A DNA stretch of 64,000 nucleotides from Macrostomum lignano (Eukaryota): assembly GCA_002269645.1 (NCBI GenBank), contig NIVC01000230.1:1-64000 (forward strand). The letters run 5' to 3'. A program made the position numbers and the translations under genes. Position 1 is the first letter of the stretch; the number at the start of each line of letters is the position of its first letter. Positions 30,421-42,721 of this stretch are shown here, piece after piece. The notes under the pieces are model-generated. The model was not told the DNA's origin and searched no databases. It saw nothing but the letters and a program-made list of their open reading frames with translations.

Positions 30421-31379
30421 CCAATTATTGTTGCCAATTATACCTATTTAGCCATTATAGGCATATAAGATATGCCTAGGCCATAGAATACTAGGCTTAT
30501 CTATGTTTACACTATGTAATAAATAAATAAATAAATAAATAATAATAGATACATTCATATAGTGTCACTTATGTGAATTTTTCTATTTTTTTTGCCTGTA
30601 TGCCCTGAGTTCCAAAACTCAAATTCAAAATCTATTCAAATGACTTATTGAAATTGAAATGACTTATTGAACTAAATATGTATATTCTTAATTTTTGCCT
30701 TGTTGAAGTCTATCCAATTTAATCATCTAGTCATTTAATTCCAATTCTATATTGCAATTGGCCAATAAATATACAATATGGCTTGGTTCCAACATGCTAA
30801 TTGATTATTTTGCTGTTCTCTATCATACTTTGTCTTTGACCTAGCTACATTTAGCCTTTATTTTTTATTAAAAGAAGAAAAGAATTGAAATTCAATATAT
30901 AAAATGACAGACCTTTGCATATAGTTATCCTTATATTTATATTGGTGTGATATGCGACATTGTGACCAAATCTGGTCTTGCCTTGAATCATAATAAACGG
31001 GAAACCAAACTATGTGCTAATCATATTTTAATAAAATATATTTTCTTCCTAATTAATTCAATAAATTAGCATATCTTGTATGCATATTGATATTAGAAAA
31101 CTATTATTGATAAGAGCATCAATAATAAGTTGTTTTGTCCATCACAAATACTCATTATTTGAAATTTGACTTTCATAGGTTATTTATACAATTCAAAGAA
31201 AATTAATATTAAAGCATAATATGGTTGTAGTCTGTCTTAACCAATATATTTAGCTTTATATTAATGTAGCTTATCTATACACAGGACATAGATAATCTTT
31301 ACATTGATCTAGCTAGTGGGTCAGACATTCAATTGTATGCCAAACTATGTAGATCAAAGAAATTTTAGATCATAATGAA

Positions 31380-34300
31380 CACGGTGCTACCATAGGCGGA
31401 AAATTGCTTTAAAAATTCACCGGAAAAGTTATTTGTCACAATCGACAATCGAGTTATTAAGGATTCCATGGAAGAAAAAATTAAAATTGTACTCGTTCAT
31501 TTTAGCTCAAAAAAACAATTTTCTGTTTTTACCATAGATTATATTGGAAATTTACTGCATTGTAATTGAATTCTTTCAAATTGTTGTCAAAAGCGTATTA
31601 AAGAAAAGTTATAACACTTTAAATCGAAACAAATTCACAAATTTTTTCAGCAAGTCCATGAATATTGTATTGTATGCACATTTTAAATTTACTCGAAGCT
31701 TAGCACACTGTCTTACATGAAGCAAAACAACTCAAAGCAGCATGGTGCTATGGCGTTTCACAAACCCCAAATTTTACAACATAAAAATTATTTTTTATAT
31801 TCTTTCACCTTAATATCTAACCCCAAACCATGTGAATATGTTCTTGATGCTATGAAATTTCGGGTTTGTGAAAGCACCCCTATCGTACAAAGTTTTGTAT
31901 TACCTTACAATTCAAATTAGAATCGTTACAATTGCAATTTAATATATAGACTTCAAAGGGGACATTTAGTGGGTTGATTTTCCTGGAGGCTTTGACTACA
32001 ATAACTGAGTGGGTTGAAAAATTGTGCTACTAAATTTTCTGACTTCATAACTGTCCAATACTTGCGTTGCAGTTCAACTGTTGCAGTTCCGGATTCGCAC
32101 TTTCCATAAAACGCTCACAAATGGCGACTGTTGTAACACTGCACAGCTGCCAGGAGCCTTTCAGCGAAGAGAGGATGCGTGCTCGCCACCTTGTATCTCT
32201 CCCAATGCAGGAGGAAGTCTCTGTGCATCGACTCCGTGCATTGTTCGCTCCATGGCCCCAGGCCTGTTTTGTCCTTGGCGCGGCAGAAGTCACCGACGTG
32301 GTGGAAAATCGCGTGGATTTTTGGACTGATGGAAATGCCGAGATCGGCATAACTGGTGCGAAATTCCTGAATCGCCTGCTCGAAATTGGAACGCAGCTCA
32401 CTCCCGAAGCATGACACCACGACCGAGTTCAATGCTCGAAGGGCGGCAACAAATGGCAGCGCTGCCATCAGGCACATCGCTTCTAGCAGGTCCACGTTGC
32501 GCAGCAACTTGCGGCTCGCATTGCCAGTGAAGCTGCCACCGTGATGCTTGTCACGTTGGACATTGCAAGCTGTAAGCCAAGCTTCGCTCTCGGGCCACAC
32601 ACCATGCAGACCCTCGTACAGCACATGGACCGCACCGGTCAGCAGGTGCAGCTCCGGCGGAGGGACAATGTGCAACACCGGGACTTCAACTCCAGCGGAA
32701 AAGATGCTGGGCTGGACGACGTTATCGAAGTGCTTAGCTAGTTGGCGTTCACCACCAGCAGCCAGGTAGGCCTGGTATTTCTCACTGAGGCTGCCAAAGG
32801 TCCTTGGCTCGCCGCAGCTGTCAAGGCTCCCTTTATTGACGTTGCACCAGGTGCAGGGATGCGAGCTGCTGTGGGCCATCAAGCCGAGCAGGATGTTGGC
32901 AAGTTTTAGGTCGCACGCGATGCTGATGTTCGCCGACAGAAGCTGCAGGCGGCAGCTCTCCCAGAGACACTCCAGGTTCCTGTGGTTCTCCTGCGTGTTG
33001 GGAGCGATGCCAAGGATGACGGCCCGATGCACGCCAGAGTCGAGGAATCGGCGATCAGCCCCCTTCTGCTGCTCCTCACCAGCACACACGCACAGGTCAA
33101 AAACGGATATCGAGAGCTTCAAGAACCCACCTCCACCATCGATTCCAATTCTGACGACTGTGGAAGCAACATCCATCAGCCGGCGGTTTGCAATCATGCG
33201 GCCCAGGAGCTCGACCACATCAGTGCAGACAACGGCCCACTGCTCAGCTGGAGTCTGCCTTCCCCTCTCTTCTCGGATAAACGCCAGCTGCTTCGCTTGG
33301 AAGAGGTCATCCAGTTCGTGATCCATCTCCCTCAATGTCTGCCGGATGTTGCTCTGGACAGCTGAGGCGCCAATCGAAGACCGAAGATTTCGAAGTACAA
33401 CCTCCGTTTTGCGCGAACTGAGGCCCAGCTCACCTTGCAGATGACGCATATTATCCGCCGTGAAGACCGCTGTTGGCTTCGGAGGCGGCGGATTCATGGC
33501 CAGCCTCATTGAGGGTCCAGCGTTGGATGCCAGCACGGTGATGCCGAGGCTGTGTCTCCGGAGCCTGAAGTAATAAGTTTCTGCCGCACAATTGTTGTGG
33601 CGAGCCGCTCTGGGAATTCCGGGGACGCTTCCTGCAACAGGGCATGCGCATTCTGCAGTCTTGTGGGTCTGTTGCATGTGTGTGGCTTGCCCCTGCCAAT
33701 AGGACTGATGCAGAAGGAGCAGACCTTGACCATTTCGGGCTTGGGCGTTGTAGCCTCGTCCGCCGTCAAACTCGGCCGCCCAACAGACCGCTTTGGGACG
33801 TTGGCTTCTGGAGGATGGACTCTGCATCCGGCAGTGCTGCAGATCTTACAGTCACATCCATCTTGGCCCACTGATCGGGTCACCGGCAGTGGCTGCACGT
33901 CCCTGAAGTCATACATCGGTGGCACATCAGCCCGTTGGCCCTTCTCCAGCTGCTGCAGAGCGAATCTGCACGTGCCACAAATTGCCTTGGGAACGCGATT
34001 ATCGTGCGGATCGTAGAGCCAGCCACTGTGCCGATTGATGATGGCCAGCATCCAGGGCGTAACGGATCGCAACTCTTTTGCCTTCGAAAAGCACAAAATG
34101 CAGATCCGATTGAGGCAATCTTCGTGTGACAGTGGCATGACAAAAACTGTGTACACGCAAGCACAATCGTTGCAACTAAATGTTTAGATGAAACATTTTT
34201 AGACAGAGTTGGACAACAAAACCTCCTCAGACGGGACCTCCTTACGTTTGAGGTTTGACGTTTATATTGATGAAAAACATAAATGAGCACGATGGCATTA

Positions 34301-34988
34301 CAAGACTGAGGGTGGTTCGGCGAGTGCTTGGTGCAAAGAGCACACACCAATGTACAATATCATACTTTGTATGTACAGCTCAGGAAGAGAGAGAGCAAGC
34401 CACAGCGTACGAGTGCTTACCTACGTATTTAGAATGGTGGAGGGATTGGCTGAGGATAAAGCTTTGGGTCTGGGCGGGCTGGGTGGATCTGAACCAGTGA
34501 CTCATCCGAACAGGGTGAGTACGAGTATAAAAGCTCATTCACAACGCCATCAAACAAGCAACCAACTCAAATGACTTACGTACAAAGGGATGAAAAACTA
34601 TGCACATGTCGTGTGATCACTTGAAATTTGGTCTCGTTTGATGGCGGTGTGAATGGGCCTTAAGACTCTCTTGTGGTAGGCCCATCCAAGTCAAATGTGT
34701 AGCTTTTAGGCATCAACCAATCATTGATGAATATCAGTAACATGTTTTTTAATGCTTGCATTTGATCCTAGACTCAATCGAATTGTTTTCTAAACAGTAC
34801 GGTGATACTTCGCTTTTTTATTAATTCGTCTATGGTAAAAACTGAAAATAGCACTTTTTGAGCTAAAACGAACAACTACGATTTTTATTTTTTCTTCTAA
34901 GGAATCCTTACTAATTCGAGTATCAATTGTGACAAATAACTTTTCCGGTGAATTTTTTAAGCAATTTTCCGACTATGGTAGCACCGTG
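31380..34988 (-). mobile_element. Chapaev (CMC superfamily) DNA transposon, full length, 3609 bp
   Basis: TIRs start CACGGTGCTACCATAG (about 63 bp with 2 mismatches, imperfect to about 135 bp). The 4-bp TSD TGAA lies at 31376-31379 and 34989-34992. Transposase inside. Confidence 0.93.
32115..34138 (-). CDS. Chapaev transposase (about 675 aa) with one apparent frameshift near 33540-33570
   Basis: N-terminal Cys/His cluster HEDCLNRICILC..ICGTC..CDCKIC. Core motifs IGIDGGGGFLK, DLKLANILLGLMAHSSSHPCTWC, PPELHLL, GGSFTGNASRKLL, ISPKIHAIFHHV, GLGPWSEQCTESMH. Confidence 0.9.
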
Positions 34989-36215
34989 TGAACTGTTTAA
35001 CTGTGCCAATTACAATTCATTCCAATTAGTATTTAGAGCATAGGTAAATTCTCTTAGAACAAAGTGTCAAACAAACCATAAGGTACAATGCAATTGAAAT
35101 ATAATTACTTGTATTTAGTCTTAATTAATTGCTGACTTTAGATTCGACAACTACGATTAATAGTGAAATGTATTGTCACTTGCTTTATCTAATAATCAAT
35201 TATGCGCACAAATAAAACAAGTGTAAAAATTAACAACGGCTTATTATAATTATTATCCATGGACGGACCTGTTATTTAAAATCTATTGAACAACTTTAGC
35301 TTTTAAGCCAAATGTAATCGTAAAAATTCGAAAAGAATTGAGGAACATGTAACACCCGTATTAACAAAATTTTTCTGTTGGAATTTTAGTGTCAAGATAG
35401 AATAGTAAACATCGAAATTAATTATTTCATATCCCTGATATCTATACTGTTTTTTTTTACATGAAAATGTATTTTTACAGACTTGTTACCTGTTGCCATG
35501 GTGAACTTAATGACGACTTAAGTAGAAGGACGAGAAACCTCATTTCTTAGGAAATTAGGTATTATCGAGCACAAATTAACATAGAAATATATTTTTCTGA
35601 CCAAAAAGCTTTATTAATATAGATAGAACAACAGGTAGATCTATCGCTTTTAATAGTAATTAAAAAGAAAAGAAAAACAAGATGATATCGAGCGCGATAT
35701 TTTTTTGTAATTAACAATCCACCAGCCAATCGATTGGTCTCGCTTCTCGCTTGCATATTGCATTATTAGATAGACTGTTATTAATATATTAGTTAGAATG
35801 CGCTCGATATTATCTTGGTGTATGAAACGCACACAATCAAGCTAAATCGCTCTATACTATTTACATTGCAATAATTCAACAATAATAAACACACTAATAA
35901 TCACATTAATAATCACCATCTATATACACAAATGGTTCATGTAAGAATCAGTGACATGAAAACGCACATACATCTATGCATATATATACACGTGTGCGCG
36001 CATAATTTTATGTACAGTTGTGCTACATATATTCATTCACATATGGTTGCGTCTACAACTGAGTGAGGCTTGATGATAAGTTTCGATTTCGTTTCACATG
36101 GTCGAAGCTTGATTTGTTTTTCTAAGAAATAATTACTAATTACCTCCTTGTTTGTGTTGGACACAACCATTGTGATGTGGCGTAATCGGTAAAAAAATAG
36201 ATATAAATCGATATT

Positions 36216-38147
36216 TTACTTAATCAAGCATCTTTGTGCGCCGAACGACACGACCTGATCGGGTGACAATACAGCTCCTGTGTTGTTGCGGTTGCTGTTG
36301 ATCCGGTCGACCCCCACGCGATCCAGTCGCAACGCAGTCAATTGCATCAATCTGCGTCGCCTGCTCGATGATCGCACATTCGATGTCGCAGCAATCGACT
36401 GATTAACAGCCACTGAAGACGTAGCACTGTCAGTCGATGTACCAGACAAACGAGTGCGCCGCTCCGACCGCGTCTGGACTAATCGCCGATCGTCAGCATC
36501 ATCGTTAGCAGCAGCCAATCGACTTAAATCGGCAGGTACGCTCGATCCAATGCGTGTACGTACAGAGGAGAGCAACGACCCCGATTTAGGTACAGATCGG
36601 TTGTCACAGCGGCGGCGATGGCTAGTCTGTACATTTGGCGTATGAGTCGCGTCATCGCTTCTTTGACAGCCAGTTGTTGCCCCGTCGTCATCGGCGTCTT
36701 CGTCAGCATCGTCATCATCGTCGGCGTCTAGATCGACGTTCGGCAAATTGATAATACCGCGTCGTTTTTTTGTTGGTGGCGAATGTGGCGACTTGGATCG
36801 CGACATTCTGCTCGACGACGATGACAATGTCGACGCCAGCTGGTGAGAGTTTGATTTCAGACGACTCTTACCAGACGACGGCGAGCGCGGAGACGGCGGT
36901 AATGAGCGAACTTTGCTGGACGATGGCGGACGCGGCGACGGCGATTTAGAGAGGCGACATTTGTCGGACGATGGTGGACGCGGCGACAGCGACTGAGAGC
37001 GGCGACATTTGCCAGACGTCTTAGTCGGTGCAGTATCAACGTCGGCTTGATCGTGCTGCTCTGGCAATACGATGCTAACGCTTCGTCGTCGTCGTCGTCT
37101 GCTTCCCGTTGTCGTCGTCGTCTTCGTCACCGACTCACTGGTCTGCTGCTCGATTGCTGTCGCAAGCGTCGACGCATCCAAGATGGACTGTTGGACTTTT
37201 GCGCATTTCGATTTGCTCCGCTCGTCACCAGTTTGGTTGACAGCGAACTTTTCGAAACAGTCCCTCAAGTCGGTAGCAACTTCGAGTCGGGCTGCGTCAA
37301 TTGCTGCGGCGGCGTAGTACCGGGTGACAACAGGCTTCGAAGTGTCGTACAAATGCGTCACCTGTTCGATCTGGTCCGGATGAAAACGCGCATACGCAGA
37401 CAATTGATTGCGCCGTCCATCGCTGGCTCGGTATTTGCGACCAATCACTCGAACCGAACCGTCGACACGAGCCTCGAATAGTCACCAGTGACTCGAGCCG
37501 TCCCGTTGGAAGTAGGGAAGATATATTGCATTTCATCGGGCACTTGCACATCTAGGTCTTCGAGCGCAGGCGTGACAAACTTTTCGCACCATAGAATGAA
37601 CGATTGACACAATCGTCTCGGTGACAACAGTGTTGCGCCACGGCCTCGCGAACCTTGCTTGTGTGGCACCTCGCTAGGTGGTAATCGCGTTATGACGGTA
37701 TCCATACTGGAGCCTTTGTTTTTTAACGCGTCTTCGAGGTGATGCCGACACAGATAAATCCACGGCAATACACGATTGCTATGGAATATTGCAGTGCCCA
37801 AGAATGCCAGCTCGCGACTGATTGGCATTATGAAATCGCGCCATCTTCCTCGCGGAGAATTCGTTTGATTGACCAGCCGCGCAATGTCGGACCAGGTACC
37901 TTCTGTTGGTAAATCTGACCAGGAATGTTTCTCGATCATATTGACCAATTCCAGTAGCCTGTTTCTTACGAGGTCATACTCTTCGACAGTCAGGAACAAC
38001 TCGGTGTATTTTTGTTGTCGCGCATCATCATTTAGATGGTACCGATTGTCCTGTTGTCGGCTGACCCGTCCGAGTTGCGCCTGTGTGTATTATAAGAGAA
38101 GCAAAAATTAATCTTTATGTATCATCATTATCATCATTATCGTTCTT

Positions 38148-38217
<70 letters not shown>

Positions 38218-40243
38218 CCATCATATGCACAATCATAGTTTATAGTTCTAATCTACACATAATATAGATTATAATTTCAAAAATATAATCAAGCAAACAA
38301 ACAAACAAACAAACAGGTACTTACGTAGACAGCATCGATTCGAGGTATTAGAAACGCAGACACTGTCTTTCGATGGTATAGATTGCTGGACAACTTCTTT
38401 ACTCCGCTGGCTATTCCATGTAATAGTCTGGCCGCGGTAGTGACGTCATCCGCTGCGCCAGTGAATACGCCGTTGGGTGGTTCCGATAACCGGAGTGCCC
38501 TAATTACAGTGATGGCACCGAAATCAGACTCATTTTCCAATAAAGTCTTGACTGCGGCTAGGATGCACTGTAATTGGCATGCTTTTACTCCGGCGGTACT
38601 TGCTTGCCAGACACCGCGGGTTTTCATCTCTGTCAAATCTGTGGCAACTTGGTGCGGAGCATTTAACCAAGTCTCCAGACTGACACCCAGCTTATGTTTT
38701 AATTTGGCAAGCGTTCCTCGAACCGCAGTGGTCAGTTGTTTCCGACGATGGACATGCGACTTGTTTTCTTCGATCTTGTTATTAATTTTCCACCAAATAT
38801 CGACAAGTCGCTTAGTCATGTCCTCGGCGATAGACTGTGCTTCACCATAGTCGATCACGGCAAGTGGATCATCAGTCTCGCTCACACTGCTGTCGGAACC
38901 ACCCGCATTGTCATCCGCTTCGTCCTGAATGTCGGCATCGGAACCAGACGACACGTCGGCGGCTTGGTCGTTGTCAGGCGGCGCTGGTACGACAATGACT
39001 CTGCCTTGCTGCTCAGAATCTGCAGTTTCATTGTCCTTGGCACACTGTTCGATCGCGTCCAATAAGCTGGCAACAATCTCGTCGTCTGATGTCGCGACGA
39101 CGTTACCAACCGCGATCTCTTCTCCTACTTCTTGGTGCCGTTGTACCGCGCTGGCCAGTCTATCGATAGCAGGACGCTTGACCTGACTGATGCTCGTCTC
39201 GAGTGCACGGACCAGCTGTTTAGACGCCAATTCGACGTGACCACGGAGTACACGTGTCACATCGACAATGTCTACGTCGCTAGTCTCCATGTCTGGACGA
39301 AGCTGTTCTGCAAGCCTGTCAAGTTGACTAGCTGTTTTTTGCAGATCAGTCAAATAGCCTGTTGGTTGTTTAAGCATAAAACAATATCCATTAACTATGT
39401 AATTGGTACACGTCGATAAGTATACAATAATATTGTGCGATACTATCTACTAATATAGAAGAATTTAATGATTAATTATTATTACCTTGGAATTGGCGCG
39501 CCTTTCGAATTGTCGCATCGGCGATGCTGTTGCCGACCGAATCATTGTTAGACGATGGATGAACATGGTCGTCGCCAGATGGTCTCTGTTCGACTTGGTT
39601 GTACAACTCGTCGACAGATTCGACGACACACGGTCTAACATGCTCAGGCGCGGCATTGGTCGGCCCGGTTGCGAACTTAGCTGCCGATTGACGTTCGGTG
39701 TTCGATGCCGGGGTCACCGTTTGAGCGCGGCGGCGTTCACTGTTGACTGTCTTGGTCGCAGTTTGAAAATTGGAATCACTGCTTGGTCCAACGTCTACAC
39801 CGTCGAGTAAACCACTTGTAGATGGACCAGCGGATAAACTGACGACAGGCAGTTAACAGTCCGATGCAAGTTTGCCCCGATAAGCATGCGCTCGTCGCAC
39901 CAGGCGCTTGACAGGTTTGTCCGACAATTGGATGACGACGTCTTCTTTGGGCACATGTATGGGCAAGATGTCTTGTCAATTGTTTGACATACTTGCCACA
40001 ATCAGGACATGGTCGCTTGTTAAGCTGTCCAGCTGGTTGCTGCCGTACTCGCAACGAGTGCCAAATTGCCTTCGCTTTGAGTATAATCGGCGCATCAACA
40101 GCCGGTCGCTGAGGCTCGACGACAGTGCTCCAATTGAATTCGTCGACATAATTACTATGTTGCTTGGCGATATGCCTGGCCATGTTCTTATTAGAGATCA
40201 ACATGCCACAAATCGGACAAGCAGTCATAACAGCGTCGGCCAT
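36216..40243 (-). pseudogene. three-exon gene for a C2H2-zinc-finger plus tyrosine recombinase protein with S/R-rich tail (about 1,220 aa); Crypton-like, decayed
   Basis: Exons 40243-39486, 39358-38325 and 38080-36216 join in phase via GT-AG introns (CAAG|GTAATA..CAACAG|GC; TAC|GTAAGT..CACAG|GCG). ZnFs: CPICG..MARHIAKQH and CPDCG..LTRHLAHT. Recombinase-like motifs: FHSNR, PHKQG, YIFPTSNG, ASDGRR, VTHLYDTSKPVVTRYY. Lesions: frameshift near 39955, TAA at 39853-39855, frameshift near 37450. Confidence 0.7.
38120..38223. repeat. (CAT)n microsatellite within intron 2 of the recombinase gene
   Basis: Read directly. Confidence 0.97.
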
Positions 40244-40696
40244 TTTAATTCGATAAGAAGATGTATAAATTTGTAAATTTGTAATAAAATTTAACTGAGA
40301 AGCTCAGTGTGTAAAAGACGTAGTAGGGGAAGAATTCTATATTTGCCGAGCTAATCGTTTAAAATAACCGACGAAACGCGCGATATATATTTTATGTCTA
40401 TGGCCAACACGCCTAACTGAGACCGCTTTTGTACAGGTCGCCGTGTCTGATCGTTAACAGATATTGCTAATTATATAGATGCACTATAGACTGATTCGAT
40501 TTCGACCAAATTGCGTTAGTAACCCATCTACGCGATTCTACTTCGTTCAACTGTCTATGGTAAAATCATTCATGCGATTCGGCTCTCATACGCCCCATAT
40601 GCTGAGTTTAGTTGTGCAGATTGGCTCCAGTAAGCTTGAACTGTCAGAAATGCTTTTACTCTTTGCTTCAGATGAAAAAATTCCAGTCTGACTAAC

Positions 40697-42340
40697 AGTG
40701 TGTCAAAAGTGCTCCTGCAAAACGGCTCTCATAAGCCACAGTGTGTCAAAATGGCTCCCATAAGAATCTATGTATCAAAAGTGCTCATGCAAAACGGCTC
40801 CCATAAGCCGCAGTGTGTCAAAACAGCTCCCATAAGAATCAATGGCTCGTGCAATTTGGCTCTCATAAGCCGCAGTGTGTCAAAATGGCTCCCATAAGAA
40901 TCTATGTATCAAAAGTGCTCGTGCAAAATGGCTCCCATAAGCCACAGTGTGTCAAAACTTCTCCATAAGCCGCAGTGTGTCAAAATGGCTCCCATAAGAA
41001 TCTATGTATCAAAAGTGCTCATGCAAAACGGCTCCCATAAGAACCAGTATGTCAAAACTGCTCCCATAAGCAACAGTGTGTCAAAACCTCCCATAAGCAA
41101 CAGTGTGTCAAAACGGCTCCCATAAGAATCTATGTATCAAAAGTGCTCATGCAAAACGGCTCCCATAAGCCGCAGTGTGTCAAAACGGCTCCCATAAGCC
41201 GCAGTGTGTCAAAATGGCTCCCATAAGAATCTATGTATCAAAAGTGCTCGTGCAAAATGGCTCCCATAAGCAACAGTGTGTCAAAACGGCTCCCATAAGC
41301 AACAGTGTGTCAAAACGGCTCCATAAGCAACAGTGTGTCAAAACGGCTCCCATAAGAATCTATGTATCAAAAGTGCTCGTGCAAAACGGCTCCCATAAGC
41401 CGCAGTGTGGCAAAACGGCTCCCATAAGCCGCAGTGTGTCAAAACGGCTCCCATAAGAATCTATGTATCAAAAGTGCTCGTGCAAAATGGCTCCCATAAG
41501 CAACAGTGTGTCAAAACGGCTCCCATAAGCAACAGTGTGTCAAAACGGCTCCCATAAGCAACAGTGTGTCAAAACGGCTCCCATAAGCAACAGTGTGTCA
41601 AAACGGCTCCCATAAGAATCTATGTATCAAAAGTGCTCATGCAAAACGGCTCCATAAGCCGCAGTGTGGCAAAACGGCTCCCATAAGCCGCAGTGTGTCA
41701 AAACGGCTCCCATAAGAATCTATGTATCAAAAGTGCTCGTGCAAAATGGCTCCCATAAGCAACAGTGTGTCAAAACGGCTCCCATAAGCAACAGTGTGTC
41801 AAAACGGCTCCCATAAGCAACAGTGTGTCAAAACGGCTCCCATAAGAATCTATGTATCAAAAGTGCTCATGCAAAACGGCTCCCATAAGCCGCAGTGTGT
41901 CAAAACGGCTCCCATAAGCCGCAGTGTGTCAAAATGGCTCCCATAAGAATCTATGTATCAAAAGTGCTCGTGCAAAATGGCTCCCATAAGCAACAGTGTG
42001 TCAAAACGGCTCCCATAAGCAACAGTGTGTCAAAACGGCTCCCATAAGCAACAGTGTGTCAAAACGGCTCCCATAAGCAACAGTGTGTCAAAACGGCTCC
42101 CATAAGCAACAGTGTGTCAAAACGGCTCCATAAGAATCTATGTATCAAAAGTGCTCGTGCAAAACGGCTCCCATAAGCAACAGTGTGTCAAAACGGCTCC
42201 CATAAGCAACAGTGTGTCAAAATGGCTCCCATAAGTCGCAGTATGTCAAAACAACTCCCATAAGGATCAGTATGTCAAAACGGCTCCCATAAGAATCAAT
42301 GGCTCGTGCAATTTGGCTCCCATAAGCCGTAGTGTGTCAA
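40697..42340. repeat. composite minisatellite of 29-bp and 43-bp units with higher-order organisation
   Basis: Units CATAAG(CAA/CCG)CAGTGTGTCAAAACGGCTCC and CATAAGAATCTATGTATCAAAAGTGCTC(A/G)TGCAAAA(C/T)GGCTCC. Confidence 0.97.
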
Positions 42341-42721
42341 TTCGGCTCTCGATTATAATTGGCTATCTATGGTATGTACAATCTAACGAGGAAATCTATC
42401 ACGAGGGTCGTTCGTGATCAATATACATATATTCTATGGTCTATGGGGCGGGAATCCGAAACGCGCTAGGGAAAATCCAAAAAATGAATGTATTAGCCTT
42501 AGGGGAGCCATCTTGCACGAGCGGGAGCCAAATCGACTTCAATTTTGTACAAAAATTCCATCCTGGGCCGCAGCTAAAGAAATTTTGATCATACTTTCTT
42601 GGCCTGCTACTATGCCAAGTCTATTTTCAATATAGGATTTTAGTGCTTGGTATAGCTTGGTCAATGGTCAAATCTAAACATCAATGATCTTTAACAAGTT
42701 GACAAATAACAAATAACTAAA

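Noticed and set aside
32541-40276. Numerous plus-strand ORFs antisense to the Chapaev and recombinase genes (likewise antisense ORFs over the TLR)
   Set aside because: Shadow ORFs of GC-rich coding sequence.
40697-42340. CRISPR-like appearance of a constant core with variable segments (also 21184-22165)
   Set aside because: The variable parts are a few recurring alleles rather than unique spacers, there are no cas genes, and the context is eukaryotic.
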